64,000 nucleotides of DNA from Sphagnum compactum (lineage: Eukaryota): positions 27,022,213-27,086,212 of the forward strand of contig OZ234493.1 of NCBI GenBank assembly GCA_965153455.1, given 5' to 3'. Below are positions 13,791-31,544 of this stretch, one piece after another (within the stretch, counting starts at the first letter, position 1; each line of letters opens with the position of its first letter). The position numbers were made by a program, and so were the translations under genes. The notes beneath the pieces are model-generated. The model was not told the origin of the DNA, ran no database searches, and saw only the letters and a list, made by a program, of their open reading frames with translations.

Positions 13791-15479
13791 TATTAACCCC
13801 AAACAAGAAGGGGAAAAAAATTCATTTGTTATTGTTTTCATATTTCTAGATGATTAGAGTTTTAGATGGAGTACTTGGGCCTCCAAAATTTCATAATAGC
13901 ACCATCTAAGTGCCTTCCTTACCTATTGTAAAGCTAAGCTACCATATTACTAGGCCCCTCATATGCATAAAACATTAGAAAGTGTCATGAGTAGTGTAAG
14001 GTTTTTTTTTTTTTTCAAGTTTCTATTTTCACTTCAATGGCAAGCATCCAAGAGGGATGTATGATTAAATGGCAACAAATCTTTAGGACATGTCACTTTT
14101 TGAGAGATGGTTGGTCTAACACTTTGGAAAGGATGTAGAGGTGATGATCACACCAAGGAAAACTAGTTGGCACACAAAAGTTCTAGAAAGTTTTCAGAAG
14201 GACCAAGGTAGTAATGATCAATCCACAATTTCTCAAAGGAACAAGGTCATAATTTAAAAACCCAATGGAAAAGAAAAGGTGGAAGGTGTCAAGAAGGTTA
14301 ATGAGATGAGCAACTTAAATGAAGTTGCCCATGTGTGGCACATAATCCTCAAGAATGATTGGAAGGAAAATGCCAAAAGCATTGGTGGTTTTGTATTTGA
14401 ATGTCTTTGATTAGATCTTCAAATTTTTTTTTAAATGAAACAAATCTCACATAATGCATTTTCAAACAACATTTTTGTGCTCTCTATGATTGGTTTGACA
14501 TAATTTTAATTGTAGGTTTACAAACAATGGTTATTGATTATTATCTTGATTACAATTTAAAAACCCCATCAAGATTTAATGTACATTTTTCATGGGCATT
14601 TTTTAAATGTTGCAACAGTTGGTTAATGACTCCAAATATGTTAAATAATAGAAAGTTTCATTTCACTAGTTGAAGTGAAGGTAATTTACAGTAGAATTAA
14701 CATCACAAAGCTTGATGTGGAGCTAATGGTTAAAATGACTTTTAACTATTTACAATCACTATGTTAAATGTTGACATCTATGATTAGAACAAATATGTTT
14801 AATGATCAAATTTAGTCATGCAAACATATATGTTTTATTTTTGTATATAAACATAAACTTGCAACCACAAATACGATTGCAAGATCAAAAGCCATTTAAA
14901 AAATGGTCGATGCGAATTTTTAATTAATTAATAGTTTGAGAATAAACATTATGAATGAAGGGGAAGTAATTGGAGACTTTGACTATAAATACAACTTGTA
15001 AACAAACATACACAAGATTTTTACACAAATAAGCTAGATGCAAATAGTAAAGCACATAATGTATGCATAGATAAGAAATTACTTACCATTTTTTGGACCA
15101 AAAAATACATTTGCATTCTATCCCATCAATAGCCAAAGGATTTTCCTCATAAATGGCTTAAATTTACAATCTTTTGTTAGTTAATTCAATATTTTTGTTT
15201 GTAGCCAAAGTGGTTATCATGCATACAAAGATCTTTAAAAATTTTACAATCATCTCTTGGAATATTTGGCCAAATTCGGCAATAAATAGAATATGAAATA
15301 TAAAAGTTTAGTTATATTTCAATATTTTGGTAACAAATTGAAACCCAAATATAAAAATCTAGCAAATTTTACCTTCTTGTCCGTTTAATATTGGTGATTG
15401 ACAATCACCAAATTCATTTCAATGTTCAAGTTTTAATTCCATATTTTGGCAAAAAAAATGTTAACATGAAGGCAATGAA

Positions 15480-16343
15480 ATATTAAAGTCAATGGTGTGG
15501 GATTAAACCCCAATTCCCTTGCTTTAGGGTTATGTGCATTCATGTGTGCAACATCCCATTACACTTATTTTCTATGTTTTAAAAATGTTATTATCATTTG
15601 CATCCATTTGTTGAATATGAAAGGGGTGTTGTTGATCAAAGTGTTGAAGAGGACAAAAATTTTGATATTTTTGAGATGACAATCAACATAAGTGAGCCAA
15701 CAACGGAATTGGTCAATAAAGAACTTTTGATTTTCAGGCGTTATCACGTGGATGTTAAAAACATCAAATGTCCACTATAGTGGTGGGAAAAACATGAAAG
15801 CATGTTTTTTACAGTTGGTTTTTGTGCTAGACAAATTTTAAGAATAGTTGGATCTCAAATCGAGACAAATAATATGTTCATTAGTTGAAATTGTTACTAG
15901 TCTTAGGGGATATTGTTTACAATCAAAAAATTTGGATAAATTGAATTTTGTGAGCAAAAATTGGCCCAATGATCTTAGGATAAGTTGTAAATCCCCTTTT
16001 AGTTTGGCAGATTTTATTGAGAATGATCTTAATTTAGAAAATAAATTAGAAGAATTTGAAAAAGGCATGAAGTTGTAGAGTTGTAAAATTTGAATAATTT
16101 TCTTTCCAAATTTTCATTTATTTAAAAGTAAATTTTAAAGTTTAAAAAATATTTAAATTAGTAAAGGAATTAGATAATTATTAAATTAAATATTAATTTC
16201 CAAAAAAAAAGAACCAGGTTGTGAAAACCAGACACGAGAACCGACAACCGACTTTTATCATATATGCAAGAACTACCCTATTTGAAAATCGGGTGAATTT
16301 GGAAAAAATAAAAATCTCGAGCACCTGGTCGATTCTCAACCAC

Positions 16344-16374
<31 letters not shown>

Positions 16375-16445
16375 CCAATCAGGTTCTCATAACATACCGG
16401 AACCGGCCGGTTCTCACCAAAAAGTGAAAACCGCCCAACACTAGT
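15480..16445 (+). mobile_element. hAT transposon remnant (C-terminal dimerisation region and 3' terminus)
   Basis: CPL*WWEKHESMF..GFCARQILRIVGSQIET / (frameshift) CLQSKNLDKLNFVSKNWPND; followed by GAACC-rich subterminal motifs and a terminal ACCGCCCAACACTAG. Confidence 0.8.
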
Positions 16446-16604
16446 TACTACATAGCTAACCATCGCAAAGAATTCACAATGAAAAAGTGTTTTCTGTCCA
16501 CACACTATCCATCCAGCAAGAGACCAGGTGGATGAACTGCTGGTTCACTGGTCACTCTTGCTGGCCACTCTTGCTGGCTGGCTTATGTGGGTGGTTGAAT
16601 GAGG

Positions 16605-17695
16605 TGTTGCAAATCTACACTTTGGTTTAGATTTTGAAACATGTTGAACTCACCACCACTTCAACAATGTGTGGCCACACTTTTTTTCCAAATCTACTTC
16701 AGAGTGTAGATTTCAAACCAAACCCAAGACAGCTAGGTAACCTCAGAGCGTTCAAAATGGAAAAATCCCTGCTGTTGTTGGAAATCTACAAATGATGTAG
16801 ATTCTCAAACTTCATCAATTCACCACCACTCTTTCCCTGTGCCACACTTTTCAAATCTACTTCACAATGTAGATTTCAAACCGAACCAAAACAGCAAGCT
16901 ACCTCAGAGCCTTCACAACGGAAAGATCTGGGCTATTGTTGGAAATTTAAAATGTTTTTAGATTTTAAAACTTAAATCAATTCACCACCACTTCCACACT
17001 GTGCCACACTATTTTCAAATCTACACGATAATGTAGATTTCAAACCAAACCAAGACAGATAGATACCTCTGAGCCTTCACAACTGAAGAATCCAGGCTAT
17101 TGTTGGAAATCTAGAATACTTCTAGATTTTCAAACTCGATCAATTCACCACCACACTTGCACATTGTGCCACAATTTTCAAATCTACATGTAATGTAGAT
17201 TTAAAATCAAACGAAAATAGCTAGGTATCTCAGCGCGCCTTTTCACAACAGAAAAATCCAGGCTATTGTTGGAAATCTACAATGCCTTTAGATTTTAAAA
17301 TCAATCAATTTCACCACCACACTTCCATATTGTGCCGCACTTTTCATATCTACATGGCAATATAGATTTCAAATCCAAACCAAGACAGCTACGTACCTCA
17401 CCGTAAACCCTAAACCTTTGACAGCGGGAAAAATCCGGACTAATGTTTCGAGAATCTACAGCATATTTAGATTATTTCAAACTTGATCAATTCACCACAC
17501 ATTGTGCCGCGCTTTTCAAGTCCAGATGCTATTGTAGATTTCCGTCCGAACCAAGATGACAGCTAAACCTCCGAACCTTCACATCGAAAAATCCGCGGTC
17601 TTTTTACCGTAGATTTGGAACCAAACCTAGAGAGCTCCTTTCCGAACCGCACACCAAATCTACTATATGGCTAGATTTTCCAAACCGAACCAAGC
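16605..17695. repeat. ~165-bp tandem array (6 units plus a partial), two AAATCTA-N9/10-TAGATTT palindromes per unit, directly upstream of beta-tubulin 1
   Basis: Unit anchors at ~16611, 16782, 16943, 17107, 17273, 17452 (periods 161-179); shared blocks tcaattcaccaccac, tgtgccacac, caaaccaagacagct, ggctattgttgg. Confidence 0.92.
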
Positions 17696-17856
17696 GCCCA
17701 CAGTTAGACTGCCAGTACAAACCTCTCGTCGCTGATATTTGTTTCTGTTCCACGCGCTGTTCTCGTGTCCTCCGCCGGTCGTTCGCGCCTGTCTTCCCGC
17801 CTCTTCTTTCTTCTATTTTCTCTCGCGATTCTTCCGTTTCTTCGCGCCTCTGTCGC

Positions 17857-17887
<31 letters not shown>

Positions 17888-17925
17888 TCTGCTGGTCTGT
17901 CGCGCGTCTCTCTCCGTCTGTCAAG

Positions 17926-19705
<1,780 letters not shown>

Positions 19706-22177
19706 AGTGGATATACGATGTTCACAAGCATCTTTGAGTAGCAAGGACAGGATTGTCTGTTGGAAACTATCTTGATTTCTGGTTGTGCCAAATGACAGAC
19801 GTGTTTTCCAGGTGAAAGTATTGTGTTCATGTTCTTTATGCTGTTGTCATCCTTGACTCCAGTTGAGGAATTGCACGTGCACGGTATTTTTCTTTTAGAT
19901 TTCAACTTGTGCGTCAGGTGAACTGTGTTAGGCATGATCCTTGTCAATGTTCCCCACAGGCATTGATCTGGAGTGATGGAATCAAAACTTCTGCTATGGT
20001 GATGACCAGGTCCTCCTCCTCTTATCCCTTAGACCTAGTTTGTGTTCCTTAAGTCTTGGTTTTGCAATCAGTCTCATGGGTGTGATGGCTTCAAAGCCTG
20101 TCTGCGTGTCTAATACTATTGTTGGTTTGATGACAATCCTGGAGATTGTTTGTTTTTTGCATATCATATTGGAGAACCAATTTTGTTGATACATACTCTA
20201 GTGGTGAAGCAGGAGAAGTTCATCATGTTCGCCAGTAACCTCAAGCTGTATTCCTATTGCCCTTCATGAGTAATCTTCATGAGTAAGATTCATTTGGTAG
20301 GTTAATGATGATCTTATACTGAACCTCCATTTGATAGGTTAAGTTTTTCTGGGATTTTGAAATTTTGTTTTCTATGCAGAATTCATCAGCTAGTGATTCT
20401 AGCTTTCTATTTTGTGTAGTGACCCCTGGGTATGGATCTTAAGTAATTCTTGCAAGCTTCCTAGGTCTAGTGTGTGCCATTTATGGATGTTGGGTAGTGT
20501 TCATGCAAAGCTTTCCTACCTAGCTCCTTGTTTTAGTTCCTCTTTTTTAGTAATTCCAGTTGATTTGCTGCCAGTTTTGTTGAGCTGCTTTGTTTGTACT
20601 GGAAACAGTTGAAGTGTTGTTCTCTTCAATGGTTTGTCTGTGCGACTGCGATTCGGTTTTGGTCACCAACTCCAGATAATGAGCAGGACAAGAGGTATTG
20701 GGCAAGAGTTTTGGTTTTATTCAGATTTACAAACTATCAGTGGCAAACGAAACCAAAAGAAAGTATGAACAAGAGAGTTCTGTGAGAACTGAATTTGCTT
20801 AATATCTGCTTAACAGTTTTGCTGATCACAAGAAATTTCAGGGACAAGTCATTGGAACTGGTATAATTAGGATTTTTTGGAATCCTTTGTATGGTCGTCC
20901 ATGGACCATCCCAAATACAATTTCAGAAAATAACTACCTCATTTTCCAGCTAACCACTTCATTTCTTTCTTTATATAACTACTTGTTCCTATTAAACTTT
21001 CTATCCACATCTACCTCACTCTTTTCACTATCCACCAACATGGATATGAAAAACAAATTAATATATGTCTTTTTATGTCCAGGAAATGTATATGTATTTA
21101 AATTAAGTTTTGCATTGACATAAATAATGATAAATCACTGAAAAATTTACGAAAACATAAGAAAAAATAAAATAGTTGGAAGTGTACATTGCACAATGTT
21201 TTTGGTATCAGGTACAAGCAAGTTTATTTATTTATTTATTGATGTTGGTTCGGGATAATAAATTTGCTTCAGGCCAATATATGTGTACCACGATTTTTTC
21301 CAATTTGATGATAACAAAAATTTGGCAATTTCTTTTTTTAAAAATTAGTTATGTAAATTTTTTTGTTTCTCCCAAAAGATTTCTCAACGTTTTTTGTTGA
21401 AAAAACGAAAAAACGAAAAAATTGCTTATAAAAAAAACACAATGATGTGCATAGGGTACCCACTGCAATGCCTGAGTACATACATTATACACACTGCACA
21501 CTATAATCACTGCTCTTCATTGTTCAAATAGAATGATTTCCCCAGTTTTAATGTTTACAGGTGGGCTTGGGAATAGTTGGAAAGCCATTTATGATGTGAG
21601 AAATGCTCTTGGAGGCCTGAAAACTCTTAACAACTGAAGCTGCTCTTACAATGTTCAAGTTACAAAGGGTTTTTGAGGAAAAAAATGTGCGCGATTCTGA
21701 GGCAATTTTTACATATGAAATCACCATATTTAGACAATAGCCATGAAGGTTCCCAAACTATAGCATGATTTTCAATTTTTTCTCTATTCACCTCTCTCTC
21801 TCACCTGTAGCCAAATTAGGCTAATTTCTCTTGTGGATGATTGCCATTGAGAGACGCTACATTGTATAATTGAAAAGAAAAATTCATGTAAGTCTCCGCT
21901 CATTGGATGCATACAAAACATTTTCCTTTAGCACCCATTTTTCTTTAACCCTTAAACACACAGAAAGCAGAATAATATGGACTGAAAACTGGACCAAATT
22001 GGTCCACTCTGACATTTACGGGTTATGCTCATGCTAGGGACTGCAATACTTTGTGAATGAACATAATAGTATGACACTATGGAGCATGTGCTGCTCGTTC
22101 ACTGTCTATGTGCTTTGTATGCCAGTTCCCCACTGTGCATACTGAAACACACAGCACCTGTACATTGCATATGCCGT

Positions 22178-22395
22178 ATATTGAATGCAAATGACACATA
22201 CAGGGAAAATAATAATAATAATAATTATTATTATTATTATTAGTTATTTATTTAAAATTATATGTTTTTCCCTTCTTTCTTATTTTATTATATGTATATT
22301 GAATGCAGATGACACATACAGGGAAAATAATATCAAGTTATTATTATTAGTATTTATTTATCAATTAATTAAAAAAATGTTTTTCCCTTCTTTCC
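22178..22395. repeat. Local duplication, 2 x ~120 bp AT-rich unit
   Basis: tatattgaatgca(a/g)atgacacatacagggaaaataata...tgtttttcccttctttc occurs twice. Confidence 0.75.
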
Positions 22396-24901
22396 ATTGC
22401 ATTAAAGTTTGGGCAGGTTTGAGCTTTTGCTTGGCATCATCTTCTTTCCCCAGTTTCAAAGTCCATTTCCTGATGTAAGGAAAAAAGCAGCTTTCAGTAG
22501 AGCCTCATTCTGCAGGCAAACAATGATCAAAATAAGGGTTAAAGAAAGGCATCCAAAGCTTCAGAAGGTCGTCATCCAAAGCTTTGTCAAAAAGTGGCAG
22601 ATATCAAGTAGCAACCCAAGAAAATGGTGAGAAGAAAAAAGAAAGTGTGACCCAAAACGCTGCATTTGTACAACAAAACAATCATAATGCTATATAAATA
22701 AGTAAATAAATGAAAGTTGCAGATACCTGAGAGATGTTGGCATCCACCACTAGGCTGCATCATAGCTTTTTCTTTTTGCTCGTTTTTTTACTTTTATTTT
22801 GTTGGTCTTCAGTCAGGTAATAAAGAGAGATATATGGAGCTTCAAAGTTCACATATGGGACTAAAACATTTAGGAGAAGAAAGCAGAAGAAGGGAATATG
22901 AATGGCAACTGGGAATTGGATTTTTCATGTTCTTTTCTGGCAGATTGACAGGTACTACACATGTGACATGAATCTGGCAGATAGTTTTAATTCTTTGGGT
23001 TTTTTTAGTTTCGGGAAAGACAAAAGCCAAAGCTGGATTGAGAGAGACCACTAAGTCTTCTGCATACGTAAACGAAGCTTTTGCACATGGAGCCCCACCA
23101 GTCTCTTCATTGGTTCCTCTACTAAGGTACACACACCTGATGATGTCGGTTCAGTAGTCTCCTGGCACCAGTTGGCTTTTTCCCAGATTGGTGCCATTGA
23201 GTATTATTGTGTTGATTTTTCATCTCCAGCAAAAGGTGGGGGAGGGTATGATTGCCCTCTGTAAAACCCAAAGTATCTTTGAGTGGATCATGGACTCTAG
23301 TTTACTCCAAGCAAAACAAAACTGGGCACCCACCCATCACAGGCCACAGTGAACCAGCACCCACCAGCCCATCCATCCACTGGATGCCTGTTATTACTCA
23401 GTCCTGGATGAACCTCGACTGGAGTTAATATTTGGTTTCACCTTGGTAACCAATTCTGTAGGAAATGGGTCTCATACATAGGCAGGTAAGAAAATAGCTA
23501 ACCACTAGGTAAGTAGATGGTTTATACATATGTAAGGGCTCTTTTTACAACCTACTAAGAACCTGCTTGTGGGTTGTGGGTTGTTAGTAGGTAGGTAGAA
23601 AAAAAAGCAACCGAGTTAACCACCATGGTTAGTTAGAGAGCTGTGAGAGAAAAGCAGAAAAAGAGTATATAAAAAACCACCCAATTTGGGGCCTTTTTGT
23701 GTTTGGATCTCTCTAATGAGTGTTTTTTTTGGGTAATGTGTGATTTTGGCTTGAAGTTTTTTGTGGCCATTTCAAGGTTCGATTTGTCATTTTGTAATCC
23801 CTACTGCTTATCTTCCATTCACTTGTGTGCTAATTTGGCACCTATTGAAGATTAGGGTAGTTGCATTTCACTATTTTCCATTATTCTTCTTCTGCAATAT
23901 GCTTGCACATCTTTGCAACCATTGCAATACTGTGTTTGTGTTCCTCCATCCCACATCGAACCTTCAAAAAAGCTGTCTTGAGTTACTTTGCACATGTAGC
24001 AATTTAATCATCCATAGAAATTAGAATGGATTGACTTTTGAGAATTGTAGATTTTTCTTTTGCATAATCAGCCATAGCTCCATTTCCACAAGGCATGAAC
24101 TGCTTGGCTACTCAGAATTTTGTTGCAGAAAAGCAGATAGTTAGTTTTGCATTGAAGTCATAGATACTATAAGACACTGCTCTTATCAGATCAAAAATGG
24201 CAGCATAGGAGAAACATCAGGAGAACACAGAACTCATGAGACCCAAGTTCCAAAATCTTTTCTCCTTCCCATTAGTTGTCAAATTATGGCCCTGATGGGA
24301 AATTTAGGTGACCACCATCTGCATATACCAAGCAGCATACTACCATAGACATTGCCAATCTCAATCAGAAAAACTTCAGTTCCACATTTGAGCCTTATGA
24401 ACACACCAGGTCAATGAGCATGCAAGTCTTGAAATATGTAGAGCAACCTCTCTCAAGACAATCAAACATCAGGTAAGTTTAGTGAAAGCTATACCATTTT
24501 GATAACACAACACTCTGCACCAAGAATCACATCAAGACAAATCCCATTGCAATTCATTAATACAGAAAATAATGACAGGCCAATTAATTGGGCATTAATT
24601 ACCAGCCAAATGCTACTATGAATACATAATATTCGGTGAAGTGAAGAATGACAAGGATCATGCATACATAATAACATGATTGTCACCATTAAGTCCCAAT
24701 TGGAAATCTCAAAACAGGTCAAGCTTTGACCCAGACTGCCTTAACAGAATACACTACAAACACAAAAGAACAAGATGGATACAATAGCACAACAACAGCA
24801 AGCTTCTCAGGAAAATGTGTTTTCATCACTTACCACCACAACTGGAAAACCATTTCCTTAACATCATACTTCAACACTAAACCAAACAGTAAAATTCAAT
24901 T

Positions 24902-26610
<1,709 letters not shown>

Positions 26611-26884
26611 GTTTGCAAGCACCAAAGGGGATCAAGCTGCAATCGAAACAAGACAAAGAAGAAGACGACGACGACGATGCAGAGAAGCGCACAAGAGAGA
26701 AACGCAGAGCAGCGGCGAAGAGAAAATGGCAATGAACAGAGTGGAACGCTGTTTTGCAGTGCAAAGAGACGCGAGAAAAATGAAAAGAAAAGAAATCGAC
26801 GCCGGACACGAGAGGCGGGAAAAATGGAAAGTTCACATTCGTTACGTACATCCTTGTCTATACCTTTCATTCATTCATTCACTC

Positions 26885-27160
26885 TTCACATGGATGAGAC
26901 ATTTTCACTTGGATGAATATTTGTCATTATATCAGTCCGCAATCACATGGATGAAAACTGTTGTCTGGACTAGTTTTCTCCAGCATTCATGCAGTCATGA
27001 GATGGGTGAAAAAGGTTGGACATGGATGAACATTTTGTGTATATCGGATTCACTCTTTCTGGATGAAGAGGTTGCACTAGGTTAACACTTGTCTATATCA
27101 ATCATCGTTTGGATGAAATGTCTCTCTTTTGGATGACCTGTTTGTTTTGATGAAAAATGT
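26885..27160 (-). repeat. Degenerate CATCCA/TGGATG ~50-bp repeat array upstream of beta-tubulin 2
   Basis: Repeated (ca)tggatgaa and cacttggatgaa motifs, the reverse complement of the 52-bp unit at 39155-39725. Confidence 0.7.
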
Positions 27161-30100
27161 TTGCACTTGCGGTTTGTGTGAATTTTGAAATGCTGTTTTT
27201 TCGCCGTACCGTTTTAAGTTTGGGCGGCAGGCCAAAAAATCCGATTCAGCCAATCAGGTACAAGCATTTGGAATCTTGTAGATAATTGTGACCAGGTCTG
27301 GACCCGGGCTGTGGACTTGGAGGACAGAAACAGAACATGGATGAACACATAGTCGTGGACGGTTCACATTTGGATAGAAGACAGCGACATGGATGGATGA
27401 ATAGGTATGTCGTCTGACACCAGTCCAGGTTCGGCACATGGGGTAACTTTGGCAGGCATCCGTTCTGTCAGCCGTTGTGTACCAGAAATTTTCTAATTGG
27501 TCAGCCTTTCCGGGCGGCTACAGGGCAGCAGGGGAAATTTTGAATCATCGGCAACGGGACCTGGATAGACTGAATTTTTCGTTTCCTTTTTTTTTTTTTT
27601 TTTTTTTGGGGCCCCATTGCTTTTGGCAATTATCTTATTTTTTAGATTTTACCTATTCGGGATTCTAGAAACTGTAGATTTCACTGTCTGCCCGTGCCAA
27701 AAAATTTGACGCATATACCTATATTTTGCATGCTGCTCTCTGCAAGTTTTTTTTTAAAAAATTAATTAATTATTTTTTTTTTACCCTCAAAGTAAATATA
27801 TAACTAGGAAACTGCCCTTATAGTAAAAAAGGAGAACTATATATTTGGTTGGTAGATATTTTTAAAGAAATAGATTTTATTTTATTTTGCGAAGCTGTTG
27901 TTACATGAGGGTTTCATTAATTTTCTTTTTTTTTTTTAAATCTTTTTTACACATGGACAAGGGATATAGGGGTAGCATTGCCATTGTAGTACAATGGCAA
28001 GTTAGACACTAATTTATTTATTTTCAAAAATGTTGAAATTTTCACACCAAAAATAGTCTTTCAGAGAACAAAATCTTACTAAAAGAAAACTAGAGAGTCT
28101 TTTTGGAATATTCTAGTTTCAAAACAGAATCTTCAAAATAAAATATAATAAATTTTTAACTTTAAAATGTTGAATTTGCCATGCTACTATGGTAGTGCAA
28201 AACATATACACAAAATATATTCATGGTTTGTGGAACAAGCTTGTGCTCTAGCACTAAAATTTTAAATTATTTTTTACAAAAAAGCCAATGTGGCCAAGTA
28301 AGTTGTTAGAAAGGGAGCCTTGAATTACTTTGAGGAATTCTCTTCAATAAACTAGCACTTAAGTGTTGCAATAGCATGATAGGCTTTTTTGAGTTAAGTG
28401 TGAAGAAAAAACATTTGTGAGCAATCGGATTGTTCAAATTGGTGCCTTGAACAACTTACTTACCTTGGTGAACTTGGGACTTAAAATTTTGCATGTCTCT
28501 TTTGGAAGTAACTCATGCAAAAGACATGCAAATTGCCGAGATCTTTTAAACCCTAAAGGAGGTGGGGAGGGCTCTAGGGAGGGCTCTAGGGCTCTAGGAG
28601 GTGGGGAGGGCTCTAGGGGAGGTTTAGAGCTCTAGGGAGGGGCTCTATGGCTTTCACTTTGCCTGAAAGAAGTGAAAGCATGGTGGTTGGTTGTTGACAA
28701 ATTCTTTAAAAAATGGATTTCTATCCAAAACAATAGTCATATTAGTGTTTGTTCTTTGAGCAATAAGTGAGAGGATTGAGTCATTTGCAAAGCTGTAGAA
28801 TCTCTCATGGGCCAAGAAATTCATTCAATCGATGCTCTCTCTTTCCTATCTTATGTCCCCATGGAAAGGGTTTTTTAACTTATTCATTCACTTGTGGACA
28901 AATGTTTGAGCATTTGGGCAATCATGTCATAAGTTTCATATCACTAAATTGGTTTTTTAAATTTTAGTTTTGGAGGATTAGGCTGCCTACAATTGGTAAT
29001 GAATGATTTCCAACCCTTTCAAGATGGCTCCCACATTCTCCAATTATTTTATTTGTTTTGAGGGTTGGGTTTCAAATGTTAGGTGGAAAGAAGGTCCATT
29101 TGAAAACTCCCAAAAAAATGGAAGTAGCCACACCTCAAATTCATAATGCCATTGCATTGGGCCACTCCTTATAGATCATCAGCCCACATTTTCGGGCTTT
29201 TCTTGGTCCTCTTATCAAAGTTCAAACAATATGTCTTTACATGTTCAATTTTAGGATTCAACAATTCTAACCACTACATTCTTAAATATAGTAGGTAATG
29301 GCTCTATGGTACATTATTATATTTTTTTGGCTACCAACTTGAACCATGTGTAGAATTTTCTTGATTTCTTTTTTTTTAATGGGAAAAAAAATCAACTTTT
29401 GATGATCTATTTTCCAAAAGTCAATGAATTTGTGAAATATAAATTTCAAAAATTTCACAATAACATGAAATTTTGTGAAATTTTGCGCACACAAACAAGG
29501 TTGGTTCTAGTAGTGGATTTAAACATTTAGTCAAGTAAAACCTACAAATAATGAATTTTACTTGACTTCAGCCCAATAGCACACACAAATAACATTTTTA
29601 AACTTAGATTTTAGTAAATTATTCCAAAAAATCAACAACAAAGACTTGGTGTTACAATGGTTTCAAATTAGAATTGAATTTTAACTAAACATTTTATTAT
29701 AATCTGGAGACTTACATTTATAGATTTTTTTTATAATTTAAAATAATAATAATGATGTAGCCAAGATCACAACAATCCATGTGCCAATTTAGTCAAATTT
29801 GGTTGTTAAAAATGAAATGAGAAAATTTCAACATCCATATATATATTTGGCCACTGACTTGAACCATGTATAGAAACCTAACAATTCTTTTTATGGATTA
29901 GGCTATAGCAATTTTTTCCCCAAAAAGTCATTGAATTTTGGGCATAAAATTTCAAAAATCTTGCAATTGTGCAAATTTTAGCACAAAAAAGAAAGCTTGA
30001 TCTAAAGGTCATCAAGTGAAATTAAAACAAGTTGAAATTTTTCTTTATACCTTTTCCATGGCTTTTCATTAGATTTAAACAAGTAAGACTATATATATAT

Positions 30101-31544
30101 ATATATATTAACCTAACAACTTTATGGCAACATGCAAGAGTATGTACTTTAAATCTAATAAATCCCAAAAGCCATTTTTTAGCGATTTTTAAAAAACATT
30201 CTGAAACAAAATTTTGTATGGGTCATGGCCCCCAAAAGAATTCACACTTGAATGATTTCACACAAAAAATTGGCTACTCCTCATATGGTATCATGTTTCA
30301 ACCAATGTTGGGTGGGTATGTAGGTTGTCCAAGAGTATCAACTTGGGCATATATTTATGCATGTCAAGCCCTAACTAAAGGGCATCAATTTCTATTTTTT
30401 AAAATGAAGCCCTACTTGGGTGGGCTTTTGGTTTGCCATACATGCCAAAGCTTATATTACAATAGGCCTTTGTTGCTTGAAGTTTGTAAAATGCCCATGA
30501 TTGGTAGGCCTCTTGCTTACATTACATAGACATGGTATTTAGAGTACGGTGTAGGATATAAGGTGCTAAAAATTTAGGGTTTAAGGTTTAGCAAAAAGAA
30601 CATTTGATAATGTCATCAATATTGTGTTGTTTTTCTTTTCAATCATGTCATGTTTTCATGATGGAATGTTGCTATGAAAGGATGATTCAACAATAAAAAG
30701 CATTATCGTAGTCGCCCATTATGCATGGATGGAAGTTGTCAACAAACAAACTTGAGTTTTCACTAACAGAAAATCCAATATCTATGACTCTATTTATAAT
30801 TGGAAAACCAATCATTGAGGATACATATGACTCATGGCCATAGAATTATCACAAATGAGTTGTTTTAGACGAGTATTAATTAATTGTAGTCATTTAATTA
30901 ATGACGTGACAATATTCATCTAATAGTAATAAAAGACAATCCATTCATCATACATGACACATAGGGCCACGTAGGACTAACCATGTGCCACATCATGACA
31001 TCATTTATCTTATGTGGCATTTCAATATTCTTTGTGGGGTGCACATGATTAATCAACATTTTACGTTTTAAAAAACTTAGTGATTAAACTATGATTCTTC
31101 CATAACAATATGGTATTTCATGTGGAAGAGCTAAAGTTTTCCATGTGCCAAAATCAAATTTGTTCATGTGATTAAATTTCATTTATTCAAGTGCATTAGT
31201 AGAAATCAGCCAAAATGTAACCACTCCATTTTCGAGTACATGCGACTTGTAATCGTTTTCATTACATTTGGGAATATTTACAACTGTAAGACCAAAATTT
31301 CAACTGTTTCAGTCATTCTCACGACTATGATGCAACTATTGGAAACTTCATACTATTGATTGAATGGATTTTACATTTACTTTTATCCATTAATAGGTTT
31401 AAATGTCCCATTAGTCATAATAGACACCAAATTAGTTGCATTTTAAAGGTATTCTATGGCAATAAAAGTGTGTATTTTTATGTATGTATTAAAATTATTT
31501 GTGTATACATTAACTATGCATATGTATGTATATTGTTCATATAA

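Noticed and set aside
16605-17695. CRISPR array: the TCTAC-loop-GTAGAT hairpins resemble the Cas12a direct repeat
   Set aside because: Sequences between hairpins are homologous to each other rather than unique spacers, alternate in length, the loops rather than the spacers vary, there are no cas genes, and the context is intron-containing plant DNA.
22400-23150. Exon-like patches between tubulins 1 and 2
   Set aside because: Stops in all plausible frames and no recognisable protein family.
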